DNA from: Acidobacteriota bacterium
GTDB taxonomy: Bacteria > Acidobacteriota > Vicinamibacteria > Vicinamibacterales > CAVVIG01
Assembly (NCBI GenBank): GCA_016195265.1
Contig: JACPZW010000009.1
Location: 1,125 to 65,124 of the forward strand
Direction of reading: 5' to 3'
Length of the DNA: 64,000 nucleotides
In this document: positions 59,766 to 64,000 of the stretch, one piece after another
Numbering within the stretch: the stretch's first letter is position 1
Layout of the letters: every line of letters starts with the position of its first letter
Notes under the pieces: model-generated
Told to the model about the DNA's origin: nothing
What the model saw: only the letters and a program-made list of their open reading frames with translations
Database searches by the model: none
Position numbers and translations under genes: made by a program

Positions 59766-59848
59766 ATGCAGGAATGCAGGAATGCAGGAATGCAGAGAAG
59801 CGTGCGGAATGTCTCTCTTGCATTCTTGCATTCCTGCATTCTTGCATT
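59766..59848. repeat. Octad hairpin, (ATGCAGGA)x4 versus (CTTGCATT)x4
   Basis: The left arm is 59766-59797 and the right arm 59817-59848. Allowing G:U wobble, about 32 nt of RNA can pair. The loop is 19 nt. Confidence 0.88.
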
Positions 59849-60323
59849 TGCGCTCAGCCCCCCCGCCCACGCGGAGGTCATCGAGCGCGTGCTCGCGGTC
59901 GTGGCGGGGCAGCCGATCACGCTGAGCGACGTCGTCGCCGCCCGCGATCTGGGACTCGAGTTGGCCGGAAACGCGTCCGATCCGCTGCGTGCGGTGCTGT
60001 CCCGGCTGATCGATCGTGAGCTGATGGCGGCCGAGGCCGAGCGCTACGGCCCGCCCGAGCCGACGGCCGAGGCGGTGGACCGCGACGTGGCGCGCGTCCG
60101 CGCGCGGTTCCCGTCGCCGGAGGCGTTCGACGCCGCCGCCGCGCGATCAGGCATCGACGACAAGCATCTGCGCGAAACCGTCCGGCAGAACCTGCGCATC
60201 GCGGCCTATCTCGAGCAGCGCTTCACCGCGGCCGGCGACCGACGGCAGGCGTTGATCGATGAGTGGGTTGCCGGGCTGCGACGGCGGGGGAACGTCCTCG
60301 ATCTGTATCTGCCCGGACGATAG
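59790..60323 (+). CDS. SurA N-terminal-domain-like periplasmic chaperone without a PPIase domain
   Basis: The signal peptide is MQRSVRNVSLAFLHSCILAFALSPPAHA. It is followed by VIERVLAVVAGQPITLSDV...LIDRELMAAEAERYG. Alternative in-frame ATGs are at 59754 and 59766. Confidence 0.65.
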   Translation: MQRSVRNVSLAFLHSCILAFALSPPAHAEVIERVLAVVAGQPITLSDVVAARDLGLELAGNASDPLRAVLSRLIDRELMAAEAERYGPPEPTAEAVDRDVARVRARFPSPEAFDAAAARSGIDDKHLRETVRQNLRIAAYLEQRFTAAGDRRQALIDEWVAGLRRRGNVLDLYLPGR

Positions 60324-60329
60324 ACAGTG

Positions 60330-60470
60330 CGGGGTGCTACGTGCTCCGCACGAGGCCCTTCGCACCTCGCACTTCGGCACCAGGCACAGCACCACGCACC
60401 TCGGCACCAGGCACAGAGCACCACGCACCTCGGCACCAGGCACGGCACCCAGCACCTCCGCACTCCGCAC
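60330..60470. repeat. GTGC-periodic repeat block containing an approximately 29-nt tandem repeat x3
   Basis: The 29-nt units are about 60361-60389, 60390-60417 and 60418-60446 (cacgcacctcggcaccaggcaca...). They are flanked by gtgcggggtgc (60328-60338, just overlapping the listed start) and ccgcactccgcaccc. Confidence 0.75.
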
Positions 60471-60473
60471 CCG

Positions 60474-61154
60474 TCACGACTTGCTCAACATGTATTGCAC
60501 CACCTGCATCAAATCAAATCCCGCGTGACTGACCAGCGGCGCGACGCACGATCGGCGGCGCAGGTAGAGCGCGCCCCAGAATGCGCCCAGGAGTCCCGTC
60601 GCGATCGCGGCGTCCGCGCCCTGCAGCAGGTGGCCGGCGCCGAACGCCAGGCTCGTCACCAGCACGCCCACGGTGCCGCCGCCGAGCCAGACGTCGAAGC
60701 GGTGCAGCAGGAAGGCGCGCTGAATCTCCTCCCGCAGGCCGCCGGCGACGAAGACGACGAACGCGAACAGCCACGCGTCACGCGGCGATCGCAGCAGCTC
60801 CTGCAGCGGGTTGTGTTCGACGGTGCGCAGCCACGGCGCGAAGTGCCGGATCCCGAGCAGGACGATCCCGCCGAGCGTGAGCGCCACGAGAATCAGCGGC
60901 ACGCCGAGCGCGAATTCCCGCGCCACCGGACGGCGGCCCAGCAGGACGTCGCGCGGCCGCTCGCCGTGGGCGTAGAGAAACAGCAGCACCAGCCCGATGA
61001 GCGCCGCCGAGTCGGCGACCGATAGCCACACGACGTAGCCGAGGCGCAGCTGCCCCGGCGCGGTGAAGGGCGTGTACCCGAACGCGCTGAACGTCGCACC
61101 GATCGCGAGCTGCGTCGGGAAGTCCGAGCAGAGGAGGACCTCAATGATGGCCAC
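60474..61154 (-). CDS. CPBP-family intramembrane glutamic endopeptidase (CAAX protease-like)
   Basis: Motifs include GGLREEIQRAFL, LAFGAGHLL and a downstream H. I chose the GTG at 61154. The alternative GTG at 61253 would add 33 aa encoded entirely by repeats. Confidence 0.75.
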   Translation of the reverse strand: MAIIEVLLCSDFPTQLAIGATFSAFGYTPFTAPGQLRLGYVVWLSVADSAALIGLVLLFLYAHGERPRDVLLGRRPVAREFALGVPLILVALTLGGIVLLGIRHFAPWLRTVEHNPLQELLRSPRDAWLFAFVVFVAGGLREEIQRAFLLHRFDVWLGGGTVGVLVTSLAFGAGHLLQGADAAIATGLLGAFWGALYLRRRSCVAPLVSHAGFDLMQVVQYMLSKS

Positions 61155-61160
61155 AATGCG

Positions 61161-61306
61161 GTGACTGGTGGCTGGTGGCTGGTGGCTGGTGGACGGCGAA
61201 GAGGGCTGCGGGCTGGAGGGCTGAGGGCCCTGGGAGTCCGAGTCGTTGAGCACGGCGCAAGCGTAACCGATTGTTGTCAGCCCTCAGCCCTCCGCTCTCA
61301 GCCCTT
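61161..61306. repeat. Composite repeat: a GGTGGCT array plus inverted AGGGCTG/CAGCCCT arms
   Basis: The first part is gtgactggtggctggtggctggtggctggtgg (61161-92). Then gagggctgcgggctggagggctgagggccctggg (61201-34) faces cagccctcagccctccgctctcagccctt (61278-306). Confidence 0.8.
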
Positions 61307-61322
61307 GAGTGATAATTACCGC

Positions 61323-62717
<1,395 letters not shown>

Positions 62718-62795
62718 GTGGCTGGTGACTGGTGACTGGTGGCTGGAAATACCGCCATTGAGCCCTCAGCCACTAGCCACCAGCCACTAGCCACC
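62718..62795. repeat. GGTGGCT/CCAGCCA-family hairpin between the regulator stop codon and the kinase start codon
   Basis: The arm ggtggctggtgactggtgactggtggctg (62718-46) faces cagccactagccaccagccactagccacc (62767-95), with about 4 mismatches in 29. Confidence 0.78.
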
Positions 62796-64000
62796 ATGCG
62801 TCTGGGCATCAAAGGCAAACAAGTCCTCGGCGTCACGTCGATTGTCGGCGTCGTCGTCGTCGTGCTGAGCGTGCTGCAGCTGGCCGAGCTGGCGAGCGTC
62901 AGCCTCGAGGAGAGCCGGGCACGCGCCGAGCTGCTGGCCAACGCGGTCTACCAGCGCGCGCGTGAAGTCGTTTCGGTTGGCGGCGATCCGTACGATGCGC
63001 TCCGCCGCGATCCGGGGCTGCGGTCGATCCTCGAGTCGAGCGCGTACTCCAAGCACGTCACCTTCGCCGCCATTATCGACGTCCGCGGCGTCGCGGTCGC
63101 GCACGCCGACGCCGCGCTCGAAGGCCGCGCGCTGCCGGGCGGCGAGGACATCGCGCCGCTACTCGGCCGTTCAGCCGTCGCGCAGCTCGCCGCGGTCTAC
63201 CGCGGTCCCGGCCGCACGCTGGAGTGGCGCCAGCCGCTGCTGCTCGGCGACACCGAGTTCGGATCCATCCGCGTCGGCATCTCGACGCTGCTGATTCGCG
63301 CCGATCTCGACACGTCGCTGCGCCCCGCGCTCTGGACCGCGCTCGCCGCGCTCGCCATCGCCGTGATTGGCGCGATGCTGCTCGCGCAGATCCTGCTCCG
63401 GCCGATTCACGTGATCGCGAGCGGGCTGACCCGCCTCGGCCGCGGCGAGTTCGGCGTCCGCCTGGATCTCGATCCGCGCGACGAGTTCGGCGAGATCGGC
63501 GCGCACTTCAACGCGGTCAGCGATCAGCTTCTGGCCGATCGGTCCGGCGCCGCGCCGCTCGATCCCGCGAGCCAGGAGCAGGCCGCCGTCCGCTACGCGC
63601 GCAAGCTGACCGCGCTCGGCCGGCTGTCGGCCGGCGTCGCGCACGAGGTGAAGAATCCGCTCAATGCGATGACGATTCATCTCGAGCTCCTGCGCCAGCA
63701 GCTCGCGGCGGCGGGCGACGCCGGCGCGCCGGCGCGGGTGCACGCGGACGTCATCGCCAACGAGATCCGCCGGCTCGACGAGGTCGTGCAGAGCTTTCTG
63801 AAGTTCGCGCGGCCCGAGGATCTGAAGCTGGAACGCGTCAGGCTGGCGCCGCTGCTCGACGAAGTGCGGACCGTCGTCCAGCCCGAGGCCGAGCGCCGCG
63901 GCGTCACGATCGCCATCGACGGCCGCGCCGCGCCCGACGTCACCGGCGACCCGACGCTCCTGCGGCAGGCGTTCCTCAATCTGGCGCTGAATGCCTGTCA
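62796..64000 (+). CDS. Membrane sensor histidine kinase (two transmembrane segments, HAMP, HisKA); 3' end outside the window; absent from the ORF track
   Basis: My own translation from ATG 62796 is open to the window end. It reads MRLGIKGKQVLGVTSIVGVVVVVLSVL..., then a HAMP domain (LRPIHVIASGLTRLGRGEFGVRLD) and an H-box (GVAHEVKNPLNAM). Confidence 0.85.
   Translation, partial: MRLGIKGKQVLGVTSIVGVVVVVLSVLQLAELASVSLEESRARAELLANAVYQRAREVVSVGGDPYDALRRDPGLRSILESSAYSKHVTFAAIIDVRGVAVAHADAALEGRALPGGEDIAPLLGRSAVAQLAAVYRGPGRTLEWRQPLLLGDTEFGSIRVGISTLLIRADLDTSLRPALWTALAALAIAVIGAMLLAQILLRPIHVIASGLTRLGRGEFGVRLDLDPRDEFGEIGAHFNAVSDQLLADRSGAAPLDPASQEQAAVRYARKLTALGRLSAGVAHEVKNPLNAMTIHLELLRQQLAAAGDAGAPARVHADVIANEIRRLDEVVQSFLKFARPEDLKLERVRLAPLLDEVRTVVQPEAERRGVTIAIDGRAAPDVTGDPTLLRQAFLNLALNAC

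Overview
This is a high-GC bacterial chromosomal segment, roughly two-thirds G+C by eye (not computed). A CarboxypepD_reg-type TonB receptor, a PEGA protein, several sigma-54 two-component regulators and ECF sigma operons suggest an Acidobacteriota-like organism; that is inference only. About 55 protein-coding genes can be supported. Most are core housekeeping genes: uvrA, lpxC, lysA, tmk, a comF-family gene, rsfS-nadD-obg-rpmA-rplU, dprA-topA-trmFO-xerC, hslVU, fsa, acyl-CoA carboxylase subunits and tamB-bamA. I saw no rRNA, tRNA or CRISPR array.

Two CDS are missing from the ORF track. One is a 59-aa antitoxin at 25554..25733. The other is a membrane sensor kinase at 62796 that runs off the window end. 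There are two pseudogenes: an internally deleted phosphodiester glycosidase, and a 5'-truncated, doubly frameshifted sigma-54 activator. A small, more A/T-rich islet at about 24.4-27.0 kb carries two toxin-antitoxin pairs.

The most unusual content is not a gene cluster but a dense layer of structured repeats.

1. REP/REPIN-like elements with GTAGG heads occur at several loci. Three of these heads overlap and supply the TAG stop codon of the upstream gene.
2. Hairpin elements whose arms are tandem 7-9 nt units occupy at least 14 intercistronic sites. Each locus or small family uses a different unit sequence.
3. Members of both classes sit in frame inside conserved genes: uvrA, dprA, trmFO, xerC, an ABC-F ATPase and an anti-sigma factor. 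An identical 15-mer palindrome is read in different frames in uvrA and dprA, which resembles Rickettsia palindromic elements.

All functional calls come from motif recognition by eye. No database search was run.
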